A DNA stretch of 64,000 bases from Barnesiella sp. GTDB lineage: Bacteria; Bacteroidota; Bacteroidia; Bacteroidales; Barnesiellaceae_A. The notes under the pieces are model-generated. The model saw only the letters and a list, made by a program, of their open reading frames with translations, did no database searches and was not told the DNA's origin. The stretch is from contig JAZRIS010000004.1 in assembly GCA_045645425.1 (NCBI GenBank), positions 21,817-85,816 on the forward strand. The letters are read 5' to 3'. The position numbers and the translations under genes were made by a program. Positions 48,498-58,003 of the stretch are shown piece after piece (the first letter of the stretch is position 1; each line of letters starts with the position of its first letter).

Positions 48498-49955
48498 CTA
48501 TTGTTTCTTAATCACTACCCATTTGCCGTTTCGGCTACTGCCCTCACGCTTGATTATGCCTTCTTCTCTGAGTTTATCAAGATGCCAACGAATGCCACCC
48601 TTTGAAATTCCAATTTGCTCAGCAAGGGCAATAATCGTAATTTGAGGATTTTTAGTTAGTGCTGTAATAATCTTTGTGCTAGTTTTTGTGCTAGTTTTTG
48701 TGCTAGTTTTTAGGGTAGTTTTTGGGGTAGTTTTTGTGTCAGTATCCCCATCAACTACATCATTTAGCGAAGCATCCTTGATATTTACTCCAAATGTTGT
48801 GATTCTATCGATCACAAAGTTGGCACGACCATTACCATTCTCTTCAAGGAGGGTCTGAACACGGGCTACTCCACGATTAAACATATTCACATAGCCCATA
48901 GTCTTAAGTGCCTCTGCAACTATTGGGTTGCGATAGTCATTCACATTGGGGAAGTTCTCGGGGCGGGCATTGCCATACAAGCCTCCTGCGTTGGTAATCT
49001 CCAAGTGGTCGCTATATTGGTAGAGTTTTGTGGGTGTATGTGTTTTGTAGTCTCTGTGCATTACAGCGTTCATCATCAGCTCACGAACAGCCCACAGAGG
49101 ATAGTTATATTTATTCTCCTCCTTCAAGGCTGATACAGGCACAGGGCGACTCTGAATAATCGAGGTCTCAATGAATGTATCCAACTTTGGAAGTACGGCA
49201 GCCAATGACCCCTTGAACTCAAACTGATTGGTAATATCAGCTGCATTATCCACACCCTTAAAGCGCACAAACTGAATATAATTCCCGAGCAGGAAGTATT
49301 CAGGGCGTTTGCCAAACAAGATGATTGCGGCATTGGTGGGATGGTCGGTCTTCAGGTCATACAAACGGAGTGCTGCCAGTTGTTCCTTTATATTACGAGT
49401 ATCTTGTGACAAAACATCCTCACTAATGGCTCGTGGCAAATAGGTGCGTGTGATTAACTCGGTGTCTATATCATCGATGGTTGCCTCGGCACAAGGGGTT
49501 GTGTCGAATGTGGGAAAGTTGGCACTGCGTCGTTCCACCAAAATATCTTCCTCCTCGCGTGTGGCAATATCCTTGCGTGGGCCTACTCGGATATATGTGC
49601 GACCTCTGTATCGCACGGGGGGCAATATTGAGGGGGTAACTTCTACAACGATTACATCACCATCATCGAAGGTTATATAATCAACTGTCATAACAGGCAA
49701 CGGAAGAATGTGACCGTCGGTGCGAATAGCCGATATTCGCAATAGGATGTCATCGGTTGCTTTCAGCCCACAACGGCTGCCATCGTCATTGACACCTATG
49801 AGCAAATAGCCCTTCTTCTTGCTATTGGGCATATCATTGGCAAAAGCACAGATAGCCTCGCAGAACTTATCCATATTGGTGGTTGAGATAGTTTTCTCAA
49901 CACGATAAGTCTCGGTGCTCTTTAGCAAATCTAACAACTCTTCTCTTGTTATCAT
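48498..49955 (-). CDS. AlbA_2 (Schlafen-like divergent AAA) / HATPase_c_4 / winged-helix DNA-binding protein
   Basis: 485 aa. The N-terminus ETYRVEKT..FCEAICAFANDM...GYLLIGVNDDG is AlbA_2-like. The middle RELMMNAVMHRDY...LEITNAGGL is HATPase_c_4-like. The C-terminus IIALAEQIGISKGGIRWHLDKLREEGIIKR is a wHTH. Confidence 0.85.
   Translation of the reverse strand: MITREELLDLLKSTETYRVEKTISTTNMDKFCEAICAFANDMPNSKKKGYLLIGVNDDGSRCGLKATDDILLRISAIRTDGHILPLPVMTVDYITFDDGDVIVVEVTPSILPPVRYRGRTYIRVGPRKDIATREEEDILVERRSANFPTFDTTPCAEATIDDIDTELITRTYLPRAISEDVLSQDTRNIKEQLAALRLYDLKTDHPTNAAIILFGKRPEYFLLGNYIQFVRFKGVDNAADITNQFEFKGSLAAVLPKLDTFIETSIIQSRPVPVSALKEENKYNYPLWAVRELMMNAVMHRDYKTHTPTKLYQYSDHLEITNAGGLYGNARPENFPNVNDYRNPIVAEALKTMGYVNMFNRGVARVQTLLEENGNGRANFVIDRITTFGVNIKDASLNDVVDGDTDTKTTPKTTLKTSTKTSTKTSTKIITALTKNPQITIIALAEQIGISKGGIRWHLDKLREEGIIKREGSSRNGKWVVIKKQ
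48673..48744 (-). repeat. 12-bp in-frame tandem repeat (3 perfect + 3 degenerate units) encoding a (T-x-T-K)n linker
   Basis: tttgtgctagtt x3 (48673-48708), then tttagggtagtt, tttggggtagtt and tttgtgtcagta. It encodes ..TDTKTTPKTTLKTSTKTSTKTSTK.. between the HATPase_c_4 and wHTH domains. Confidence 0.9.
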
Positions 49956-49958
49956 AGT

Positions 49959-51449
49959 CTATATCATCTTTTTCAGTTCAACCAATGCGTTTTGGATTTC
50001 GTTTTCCAAACGCTCTATACGCTCCATAATGACCTCTGGTGCATCATATACAACCGCCTCACGCTCCACCTCTTTGTATTTGTTCATCGAGAGGTCATAT
50101 CCCTTCTCTCGAATCTCATCTACGGGCACAAGAAATGATTGCTCCTTGCGGGTACGGTCGGCCTCTCCCTCAAGGTTATGGAAGCGGGCAACCACATCGG
50201 GAATATCATTTTCTGCCACCTCGTTACGCTTTTGGTCGAGGGAGTAACCATCAGCCTTCATATCGTAAAACCACACCTTATCAGTACCTCCTGCATTGGT
50301 CTTGGTGAAGATAAGGATTGCGGTACTCACACCCGAATAGGGTTGGAACACTCCCGAAGGCATAGAGATAACGGCCTCCAAACGGTGGTTGTCAATCAAC
50401 TCCTTGCGGATAGACTTGTGACCTGTGCTATTGCCAAACAACACTCCATCGGGAACAATGCTTGCACATCGACCTCCCGTCTGCAACATACGCACAAAGA
50501 GAGCAAGGAACAACAACTCGGTCTTTTTGGTCTTGGTGATGGCAAGCAGGGATTTGCTCACCGCCTCATTGTCCAAACTGCCTGTAAATGGAGGGTTAGC
50601 AAGGCAAAGGGTATATCGGTTCTCATCGGTGTTGTCAGTCGAAAGGCTATCCCGATAGGCAATGTCGGGGTTATCCACACCGTGAAGCATCAAGTTCATC
50701 GCACCGATACGGAGCATAGTTGCATCGGTATCAAAGCCGTGCAACATACCACTCTTGTAGTGCTCGGAGTGCTCCTTCTTGAGCAGTTCACTCTTGTAGT
50801 GCTGTTGTATATACTTGGCACTCTCTACAATAAATCCCGCACTACCCATAGCAGGGTCGCAAATGGTGTCTTTCAAGGAGGGTTGCATCAGTTCGACCAT
50901 CATACGGATAATGTGTCGAGGGGTGCGGAACTGACCATTATTACCCGATGCAGCCATCTTGCCCAATACATACTCATAGACATCACCCATCGTGTCTCGA
51001 TTGTTCATATCAAGGGCATTGATACCCTCAACAATCTTGGTCAGAGTACGAGGGGACTGAATAAGGAAGGTAGCATTTGCCATAAAACGGCTGTATGCAC
51101 TCTCCTTGCCCTCTCCAAGATTCTTGATGAACACAAAAACATCCTTGGAAATGGTACGATACATTGCCTCTGCCTCCATATTGCGGAATACACTCCAACG
51201 AAGTTGCTCGTAAGGAACATCCTTGTCGGTCTCGGGGTTGTGCCACATACCCTCCTTGAACGTAGGATCTTTGATTGCAGTACCCCAAGCATTGGCATTA
51301 GCCTCTTTGGTGCGCTGTGCATCATCCAGCATCTTCATAAAGAACAGATAGGTCATCTGCTCAAGAATGGTAATAGAATTGGTAATACCACCTGTCCAAA
51401 AGGTATCCCATATAGAATCTATACGATTTTTAATCTCGCCTGTAATCAT
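49959..51449 (-). CDS. hsdM: type I restriction-modification DNA methyltransferase subunit M (N6-adenine)
   Basis: 496 aa with an HsdM N-terminal domain, AdoMet motif DPAMGSAGF and catalytic NPPF (LANPPFTG). Confidence 0.95.
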   Translation of the reverse strand: MITGEIKNRIDSIWDTFWTGGITNSITILEQMTYLFFMKMLDDAQRTKEANANAWGTAIKDPTFKEGMWHNPETDKDVPYEQLRWSVFRNMEAEAMYRTISKDVFVFIKNLGEGKESAYSRFMANATFLIQSPRTLTKIVEGINALDMNNRDTMGDVYEYVLGKMAASGNNGQFRTPRHIIRMMVELMQPSLKDTICDPAMGSAGFIVESAKYIQQHYKSELLKKEHSEHYKSGMLHGFDTDATMLRIGAMNLMLHGVDNPDIAYRDSLSTDNTDENRYTLCLANPPFTGSLDNEAVSKSLLAITKTKKTELLFLALFVRMLQTGGRCASIVPDGVLFGNSTGHKSIRKELIDNHRLEAVISMPSGVFQPYSGVSTAILIFTKTNAGGTDKVWFYDMKADGYSLDQKRNEVAENDIPDVVARFHNLEGEADRTRKEQSFLVPVDEIREKGYDLSMNKYKEVEREAVVYDAPEVIMERIERLENEIQNALVELKKMI

Positions 51450-51645
51450 AGTTTAATCTGCTTTAGGAGCTGTTACTAAAACACCCTTGCGGATGGTGCC
51501 ATATTTGCTGCAAGATGTTTTCTTTGCATTTTACCCGAAAGATAGAAAAATTTGGAAAACAATCAAAATATATCACAAAAATATTGACAAAAACTTGGAC
51601 GTGTTAAATAGGCTCTATATTTGGCCAACATGTTGCAAGGGCCAT

Positions 51646-51684
51646 AAAAAGAAAAAGTTGGACACTTCGTGTGAAGTGTCCAAC
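51646..51684 (-). terminator. intrinsic terminator after the tRNA-Gly/tRNA-Leu operon
   Basis: Minus-strand gttggacacttc acac gaagtgtccaac (12-bp stem) followed by tttttcttttt. Confidence 0.75.
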
Positions 51685-51688
51685 TCAG

Positions 51689-51772
51689 TACCCGGAGCGG
51701 GACTTGAACCCGCACAACCGCAATGGTCAAAGGATTTTAAGTCCTTCGTGTCTACCATTCCACCATCCGGGC
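51689..51772 (-). tRNA. tRNA-Leu (anticodon UAA)
   Basis: Reverse complement is GCCCGGATGGTGGAATGGTAGACACGAAGGACTTAAAATCCTTTGACCATTGCGGTTGTGCGGGTTCAAGTCCCGCTCCGGGTA. It folds as a cloverleaf with anticodon loop CTTAAAA, a long variable arm and TTCAAGT in the T-loop. No CCA is encoded. Confidence 0.9.
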
Positions 51773-51780
51773 AACGGATG

Positions 51781-51853
51781 AGCGAAAGACGGGACTCGAA
51801 CCCGCGACCCTAACCTTGGCAAGGTTATGCTCTACCAACTGAGCTACTTTCGC
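51781..51853 (-). tRNA. tRNA-Gly (anticodon GCC)
   Basis: Reverse complement is GCGAAAGTAGCTCAGTTGGTAGAGCATAACCTTGCCAAGGTTAGGGTCGCGGGTTCGAGTCCCGTCTTTCGCT. Anticodon loop is TTGCCAA, with a 7-bp acceptor stem and a TTCGAGT T-loop. Confidence 0.9.
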
Positions 51854-51876
51854 AGTGCGGTTTTGTTTTGCGACGA

Positions 51877-51884
51877 CAAAGATA
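51877..51884 (-). promoter_or_regulatory. -7 promoter box TATCTTTG of the tRNA operon
   Basis: Plus-strand caaagata, 23 nt upstream of the tRNA-Gly 5' end. Confidence 0.5.
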
Positions 51885-51997
51885 GTGCGCTTTTTTGTGA
51901 TAGCAAAATTTTTGACTGTTTTTTCGGCTTTATCTCTTGGGATGTTTCTCTTTGTGCTATCGCTATGGGTTGCATAGGGATAGGGTGATAATGTATA

Positions 51998-53710
51998 TCA
52001 AAACTTGAGTGCGACTCCGGCCATGACTTGTATGCCGGGGGCGGGCATGCCGTAGTAATAGTCGTGATGACGATTGAGCAGGTTGTTTCCATGCAATGAT
52101 ACCGATAGCCAATCGAAGATGCGATAGGTGGCAAAGAGCTGCAGATTGTGTATATCGGCCAACTTGCCATAGATGCCATAATCTCTTTCGAGTTGCATGT
52201 TGTAGTCCAACTTTACATCCAACTGCGCAATGGGACGCACCATTACCGATGCATTGGCTTCCCATCGAGGTCGATGGTAGGTTATCATCCGGCCATCGTG
52301 TTGCCATTGACGGTAGGCGGCATCGGCCGATAGGGTGAGATAGTCGGTTATATCGGCTTCTATGTGTACGCCGGCCTTGACGCATGTTGCATCGAGGGCA
52401 CTCCATGTAAGGGTGGGTGTGAGGCCGTCTATTTGCTGAAACAGGGCTCTATCGGCTATCTCATAGCCTCCGTATAGTGTCATGGCGAGGTCGGGGATGA
52501 TGCGCATGCGCAATCCTAATTGTGCATCTACCGCTGTAAACTCTGAGGCAATGGGCTGTGATGGGTCGAAATAGAAACAACCTTGCGACATATTGCCCCA
52601 CGTATTGAGTCGTTTGCCTCCATTGATGGTGGCAAAGAGGAAGTAGTTCTTTACAAACTCCCAATTATATCGCACATCGGGCGATATATAGACAACAGGG
52701 CCATCACCGCCCGATATTTCTACTTTGGCTCCCAATCGCAGGCTCATGCGCTCTCGACTCCATTGCGCATGTGGCAGAAGTTGCAGTACAAAATGATTGT
52801 GAGATTGCGTGGCAGGGGCTACCTTGCCGCTCAATACCTCTTCGAGCGGTGTTGATGATGACAACATTCCCATGTAATGCAAATAGTCTATCGCTACATC
52901 ACCTCCTACATACCATCGCTCACCGAGCATCTGTGCATAGGAGGCATCGATATAGGCGTGATGCTCGCACGACCCCTCCCGGGTATATAATCCGTTGTTA
53001 TTGCCATAATAGCCATATCCTGCCACAACATGCCACTTCTCATAGTCATAGTGGCGGGCTTCGTTATTATCCACTCGCAACTCGGCTTGATAGCTGTTTA
53101 CTTGTTGCATAGGTTGTATGGCGTATGAAGATGGATTGGCCATCACGCCATAGTAGTTGAAGTCGATATAACGATATGAGGCTTGGGCCGATAGCGTAAG
53201 ATTATTGTCAAATATGTGAGCATAACGCACCGTCGCACCCACATCATAGTATGTTTGCCGTGTCACATCTTGTGTCACATACGCCGCATGCGTATTTACC
53301 GGCACATCGCCATTGAGCGAGGTAAAGCGAGCCGCTACACCCAACTTGTCGTGCGTGGTGTCAAGTATGCTATATCCCGCATTGGCCGCCATGGCCATAT
53401 ACATACCCATATCGAAGGTTGCATAGCCGTTGTATCTTGTAAAGGTGTCTTTATTATCTGCTACACCCGGCACATCAAAGCGAGAGAGAGCCGGAGCAAC
53501 CTCTGCCGAGTAGGCGTCAAAAGAATAGGCAACAGGAGCCACGTGAAATTGGGGTGCAGAGATAGGTGGCAACGTATTGATTTTGTCGGCCGGGCGCACC
53601 ACCGGGGTAAAATTGCGCACTATCGTTACCTCGCGTTGCAAAGTATCGGTGGCATACGCCCTCGCAACCATGGCAAGTATAATGGATAGTAATAGAATAT
53701 ATCGTTTCAT
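51998..53710 (-). CDS. hypothetical outer-membrane beta-barrel protein
   Basis: 570 aa with signal peptide MKRYILLLSIILAMVARAYA, alternating beta-strand-like pattern rich in Y/G/N, and a C-terminal ..GVALKF ending in Phe. It lies 8 nt downstream of the TPR gene. Confidence 0.8.
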   Translation of the reverse strand: MKRYILLLSIILAMVARAYATDTLQREVTIVRNFTPVVRPADKINTLPPISAPQFHVAPVAYSFDAYSAEVAPALSRFDVPGVADNKDTFTRYNGYATFDMGMYMAMAANAGYSILDTTHDKLGVAARFTSLNGDVPVNTHAAYVTQDVTRQTYYDVGATVRYAHIFDNNLTLSAQASYRYIDFNYYGVMANPSSYAIQPMQQVNSYQAELRVDNNEARHYDYEKWHVVAGYGYYGNNNGLYTREGSCEHHAYIDASYAQMLGERWYVGGDVAIDYLHYMGMLSSSTPLEEVLSGKVAPATQSHNHFVLQLLPHAQWSRERMSLRLGAKVEISGGDGPVVYISPDVRYNWEFVKNYFLFATINGGKRLNTWGNMSQGCFYFDPSQPIASEFTAVDAQLGLRMRIIPDLAMTLYGGYEIADRALFQQIDGLTPTLTWSALDATCVKAGVHIEADITDYLTLSADAAYRQWQHDGRMITYHRPRWEANASVMVRPIAQLDVKLDYNMQLERDYGIYGKLADIHNLQLFATYRIFDWLSVSLHGNNLLNRHHDYYYGMPAPGIQVMAGVALKF

Positions 53711-53718
53711 ACATCAAT

Positions 53719-56715
53719 CTATTTTGCATCGTTGGTGAGTAATTCGAGTCGTTTATCTATCAACTCTACTATATCGTCATTACCACCGGGATAGTTGTTA
53801 CGCAGTTGAACGAGGTATTGTCGAGCCATATAAGCATCGTTTTTGGCAATGTATATATCCGACAACAAGATAAAATTGCGTGCCAACCAATAGGCATGCG
53901 GTGTACCCTTTTCTATAAACTCATTGGCAGCGGCCTCGGCCTTGGCCACGTCGTTATTATCATAGTGATATTGAGCCACTCTGTATGCGGCCTCGGCACC
54001 ATATAAGTTGCGTGTATCTTGAGCCAAATAAACAAAATCAGTATATGCGGCATCTACATTTCCCTCGGCGAGGTAGGCTTGTGCTCGGCAATAACGCACC
54101 TCCTGTTCCACCTCCGGCGATATCTTGCTATGTGCCAATATACGATTGGCAACTGCTATAACCTCAACATGCTGTTGCAAAGATATGTAACAACGCATCG
54201 CACCTATTTGAGCATTCCGGCGCACATCGGAGGTTGCAGCCACCTCCTCCAACTGCAGGTATTGAGCTACTGCAAGTTGGTGTTGTCCCCCCTCAAAGAG
54301 TATATCTCCACAACGATAGAGAGCATCCTCAACATACACACCATGCGGATCGGCTTGCAAGGAGTGTTGATAACATGAGAGAGCCTCGTCATACTTCAAC
54401 TCGGCATCGGCAACATTACCCATATAGTAGTATGCTTGTGCGGCATAACCACCTTTGGGAAATTGAGTCACATATTTCCGTAGCGACTCAACATCGCCAT
54501 TAGTCATATAACTGCGCTCGGCTGCCATGTAGGTAAGAGAGTCCAACTCACTACGGCGATAGTCCAAGCCTTGTTGGTGCATAAAATCGGACAGCTCTTG
54601 CACCCTGTTTAGCTCTATGTAAATCGACTTGAGGTCGTCGATTGCCAATTTTGCCTCGCTACTCGTGGGATATTGCACAATGAGCTTTTTGTAGGCCTTA
54701 ATCGAGCTATCATACTCCTTGGTGTTATAATACAAAGCGCCCAGCTGCAACATGGCATTGCGAGCCAATGCATGCTTGGGGTACTTCTCTATGAGAGCAG
54801 CATAGGATTTTATGGCATTGGCATTGTTTTTCAGGGAGATATACGTTGCAGCCATTTCGCTATAAGCCTCGGCACTGTACTCCGAGTGAGGATAATCGCT
54901 GATAAGTCGGCGCAACAATGCTACTTTACGATCATAGTTCTTGTTCACTCCGATCACCACAGCTTGTTGCAACAAGGCATAATCACTACCGGCACATTGA
55001 TATGAAACCGCTTGCGCATAATACTTCTCGGCTTGTGAGTATCCACGTCCCTGAAAATGGCAATCTCCCATGCGACTATAAGCATCGACGAGCAAAGCAT
55101 TGGTAGCCGTCTTTTGTTTGACAAATAGTTCAAATACCGCACATGCACGCTCGTAATTCTCTTGTCGGAAATAGCAATATGCCATATTATATTGCGCCAG
55201 AGCCACAGTAGTAGCATCTATCGTCACATGGGCTTCTATCACCTGCTTATAACACTTTATCGCCTCATTATAGCCACCTCTGCGGTAATAACATTCACCC
55301 AACCAATAGAGAGAACGCACACGATATTCGGGCGCATAATCGCCCATGTTGGAGGCTTGAGAAAACCATTTTTCGGCATCCGAAAGACGATTATTGGCAA
55401 AGCACTCCGTTCCTATCATATAGAGTACTTGTTGCCGTTGTTTGAGCATATCGTTCGAAGGCTTCTTGATGCGGTCTATATAATCAAGAGCCGTAAGATA
55501 ATTGCGAGAATTGATATGTAAGTCGGATATGCGGGTATGCACATCGTCGATATAGACCGATTGCGGATAGTTGCGTGCAAACTTCTCAAATAGTGACAAG
55601 GTGCTATCAAAGAGGTCAAAATTACTTTCATAGGCACACAGAGCCTGATTATACAAGGCTATCTCACTTATTGTCGGGTCGTGACTGCCATCGGCGGCAT
55701 GCGCCAAGGCATTATAGGCATTACGGGCATCTTTGAGTTGCAGATAAGCCATACCCATGTGCATATATGCGTTCTGCGAGAGGTTGTCATCCTCACCTAC
55801 AACACTACCCAGCAATTCTACTGCACGCTCATATTGTCGGGCTCTATACGACAATATACCGGCTATATACACAGTTGTGCGCATCGGGTTGGGACACGCA
55901 TCCATATAACGATTGAGGTATTCATATGCCCTATCATCATTGCCCATGCGATAATGACACTCGCCGGCTATGCGACATAGCTCGGTAGTGTATTGTTGCT
56001 CCAAGTCGGCATTGAGCAACGACTCGCACTGCACGATACAGTCGGCATAATTATTATTGATAAAATCAATGTTTACCAACAAATATTGCGCTCTATTGCT
56101 ATAAATCGAGCCTGCATGTATCTGCTTGAGCACATGACGAGCTTGGTCATAATCGCCATTCTCATAATAGATGCAACCGGCAAGGTAGCGAGCCTCATCA
56201 CGATATTGTGGAGAATTTTGTATTAAAGCCTGCAACAGAGGGAGAGCCTTCTCGGACATATCACTTCGGATGTAGCACATGGCCAATCGATAGCAATAAT
56301 CATCCTGCTCGGCATGCTTGATAGTTTCAAGCTCTATTTTCTGCAATGCCTCGATAGCCTTGTTATACTCACCCACATTGTAGTAATAATAACCCAAGGC
56401 AAGATTTATCTCGTCTGCATGCAACGAATAGGGGTACTCCAACAGATAACGACCGAGCAGGTAGGGAGTGCGTTCAACCGCACGCCGGGCTTGCGACATA
56501 GAGGCATAAAAAGCCGCCTTTTCGTGATATTGCGCCGCATCGTTGCGTTGCAACAATGCCGACATCACATCGCAACATCCGGCATAATTGCCATCGCAAT
56601 ACATGGCAACACCCCTATCATACTCCGATGCGGCATCGGTTGTCGCCAACGATTGAGCACACACGGCAACAACCCATAGCACAAGCATCGATAGTATAGC
56701 ACACAACCTACTCAT
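53719..56715 (-). CDS. large secreted tetratricopeptide-repeat protein
   Basis: About 998 aa with a signal peptide (MSRLCAILSMLVLWVVAVCAQS) and TPR-like A/Y/L-rich repeats throughout. The track start 56724 is a TTG, so I use ATG 56715. Confidence 0.85.
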   Translation of the reverse strand: MSRLCAILSMLVLWVVAVCAQSLATTDAASEYDRGVAMYCDGNYAGCCDVMSALLQRNDAAQYHEKAAFYASMSQARRAVERTPYLLGRYLLEYPYSLHADEINLALGYYYYNVGEYNKAIEALQKIELETIKHAEQDDYCYRLAMCYIRSDMSEKALPLLQALIQNSPQYRDEARYLAGCIYYENGDYDQARHVLKQIHAGSIYSNRAQYLLVNIDFINNNYADCIVQCESLLNADLEQQYTTELCRIAGECHYRMGNDDRAYEYLNRYMDACPNPMRTTVYIAGILSYRARQYERAVELLGSVVGEDDNLSQNAYMHMGMAYLQLKDARNAYNALAHAADGSHDPTISEIALYNQALCAYESNFDLFDSTLSLFEKFARNYPQSVYIDDVHTRISDLHINSRNYLTALDYIDRIKKPSNDMLKQRQQVLYMIGTECFANNRLSDAEKWFSQASNMGDYAPEYRVRSLYWLGECYYRRGGYNEAIKCYKQVIEAHVTIDATTVALAQYNMAYCYFRQENYERACAVFELFVKQKTATNALLVDAYSRMGDCHFQGRGYSQAEKYYAQAVSYQCAGSDYALLQQAVVIGVNKNYDRKVALLRRLISDYPHSEYSAEAYSEMAATYISLKNNANAIKSYAALIEKYPKHALARNAMLQLGALYYNTKEYDSSIKAYKKLIVQYPTSSEAKLAIDDLKSIYIELNRVQELSDFMHQQGLDYRRSELDSLTYMAAERSYMTNGDVESLRKYVTQFPKGGYAAQAYYYMGNVADAELKYDEALSCYQHSLQADPHGVYVEDALYRCGDILFEGGQHQLAVAQYLQLEEVAATSDVRRNAQIGAMRCYISLQQHVEVIAVANRILAHSKISPEVEQEVRYCRAQAYLAEGNVDAAYTDFVYLAQDTRNLYGAEAAYRVAQYHYDNNDVAKAEAAANEFIEKGTPHAYWLARNFILLSDIYIAKNDAYMARQYLVQLRNNYPGGNDDIVELIDKRLELLTNDAK

Positions 56716-56727
56716 GGCGAGCAACTG

Positions 56728-57978
56728 TTATTGTTTACGGTCGGTACTGACCCACTTGTATAGCTTATCGGAAGGACGTATCTTGCGGTCGAGCTTGATT
56801 GAGAAGTGCTGACCCTTGGTAACCTTATCGACACTCTTGAGAGCTACTCGTATCTCCTCAACAACCACAAACAGTGCACCTGTTGTAGGACCGGTAATGA
56901 GTATCTCCTCGCCTACCGACAACTCGCCACTCTCCAGCAAGAACTCGGCCACGCCCAAGTTGGAGAAATACTTGACACCCTTACCCACATACTCCTTGCG
57001 CTTGGTGGCAGAAGAGCCATAGTTCTTCGACCACTCACCAAGGCGTTGTCCCAAGTAATATCCGTTCCAAAATCCTCTGTTGAATACCGTAGCCAAGCGA
57101 GTATCCCATTCTTCAATACGCTCATCGGTAAAGGTATCATTAAGGCATGCCTCTATCGCCTCGTTGTAGCACGACACAACCGTACTCACATATTCGGGAC
57201 CTCTGGCACGACCTTCTATTTTGAAGACGCGTACACCGGCATCGACAAGTTTATTGAGGAAGTGTATTGTCTTAAGGTCTTTGGGCGACATGATATATTG
57301 GTTCTCAATAGCAAGTTCCTCACCCGTCTCACGGTCGGTAACATTGTAAGAACGACGGCATATCTGCATACAACCACCTCTGTTGGCCGAATGATTCATT
57401 TCGTGCAAGCTCAAATAGCACTTGCCCGATACCGCCATACACAAAGCTCCATGACAGAACATTTCGATGCGAATAGGCTTACCGGCAGGACCTACAATAT
57501 TTTCCTCCTCGATAGCACGATATATATGAGCCACTTGCTCCATATTCAACTCGCGAGCCAAAACTACCACGTCGGCAAATTGGGCATAGAAGCGCAACGC
57601 CTCCACATTCGATATATTGAGCTGAGTAGATAAATGCACCTCGACACCTATGCTGCGAGCATACGTCATAGCCGCCACATCACTTGCTATAATAGCCGAT
57701 ATACCGGCATCGCGAGCCGCATTGATAATCTTGCGCATCAACTCCATATCATTGTCATAGATGATGGTATTGACGGTAAGATAGCTCTTCAGCCCGTTTT
57801 CATCACATATTTGAGCTATATTATGGAGGTCGTCAATAGTAAAGTTTACCGACGAGCGCGCACGCATATTCAACCCCTCGATACCAAAATATATCGAGTC
57901 GGCTCCGGCCTGAATAGCTGCTTGCAACGATTCATAGCAACCCACAGGAGCCATAATTTCAAATTCTTCTCTCTTCAT
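56728..57978 (-). CDS. U32-family protein ('collagenase-like peptidase') carrying the Fe-S cluster Cys motif
   Basis: 416 aa from ATG 57978 (MKREEFEIMAPVG). It has a U32 TIM-barrel-like N-terminus and C180-X6-C187-X15-C203-X3-C207 (nt 57358-57441). The longer track ORF begins inside the upstream repeat and is unlikely. Confidence 0.9.
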   Translation of the reverse strand: MKREEFEIMAPVGCYESLQAAIQAGADSIYFGIEGLNMRARSSVNFTIDDLHNIAQICDENGLKSYLTVNTIIYDNDMELMRKIINAARDAGISAIIASDVAAMTYARSIGVEVHLSTQLNISNVEALRFYAQFADVVVLARELNMEQVAHIYRAIEEENIVGPAGKPIRIEMFCHGALCMAVSGKCYLSLHEMNHSANRGGCMQICRRSYNVTDRETGEELAIENQYIMSPKDLKTIHFLNKLVDAGVRVFKIEGRARGPEYVSTVVSCYNEAIEACLNDTFTDERIEEWDTRLATVFNRGFWNGYYLGQRLGEWSKNYGSSATKRKEYVGKGVKYFSNLGVAEFLLESGELSVGEEILITGPTTGALFVVVEEIRVALKSVDKVTKGQHFSIKLDRKIRPSDKLYKWVSTDRKQ

Positions 57979-58003
57979 AATCTTTTGAGGCTTTTTACTG
58001 CAC

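Noticed and set aside
41711-51688. tRNA-targeted integrative element or genomic island with att sites
   Set aside because: No integrase, excisionase or transposase ORF is present, and there is no convincing direct repeat of the tRNA-Leu 3' end at the greA-proximal boundary.
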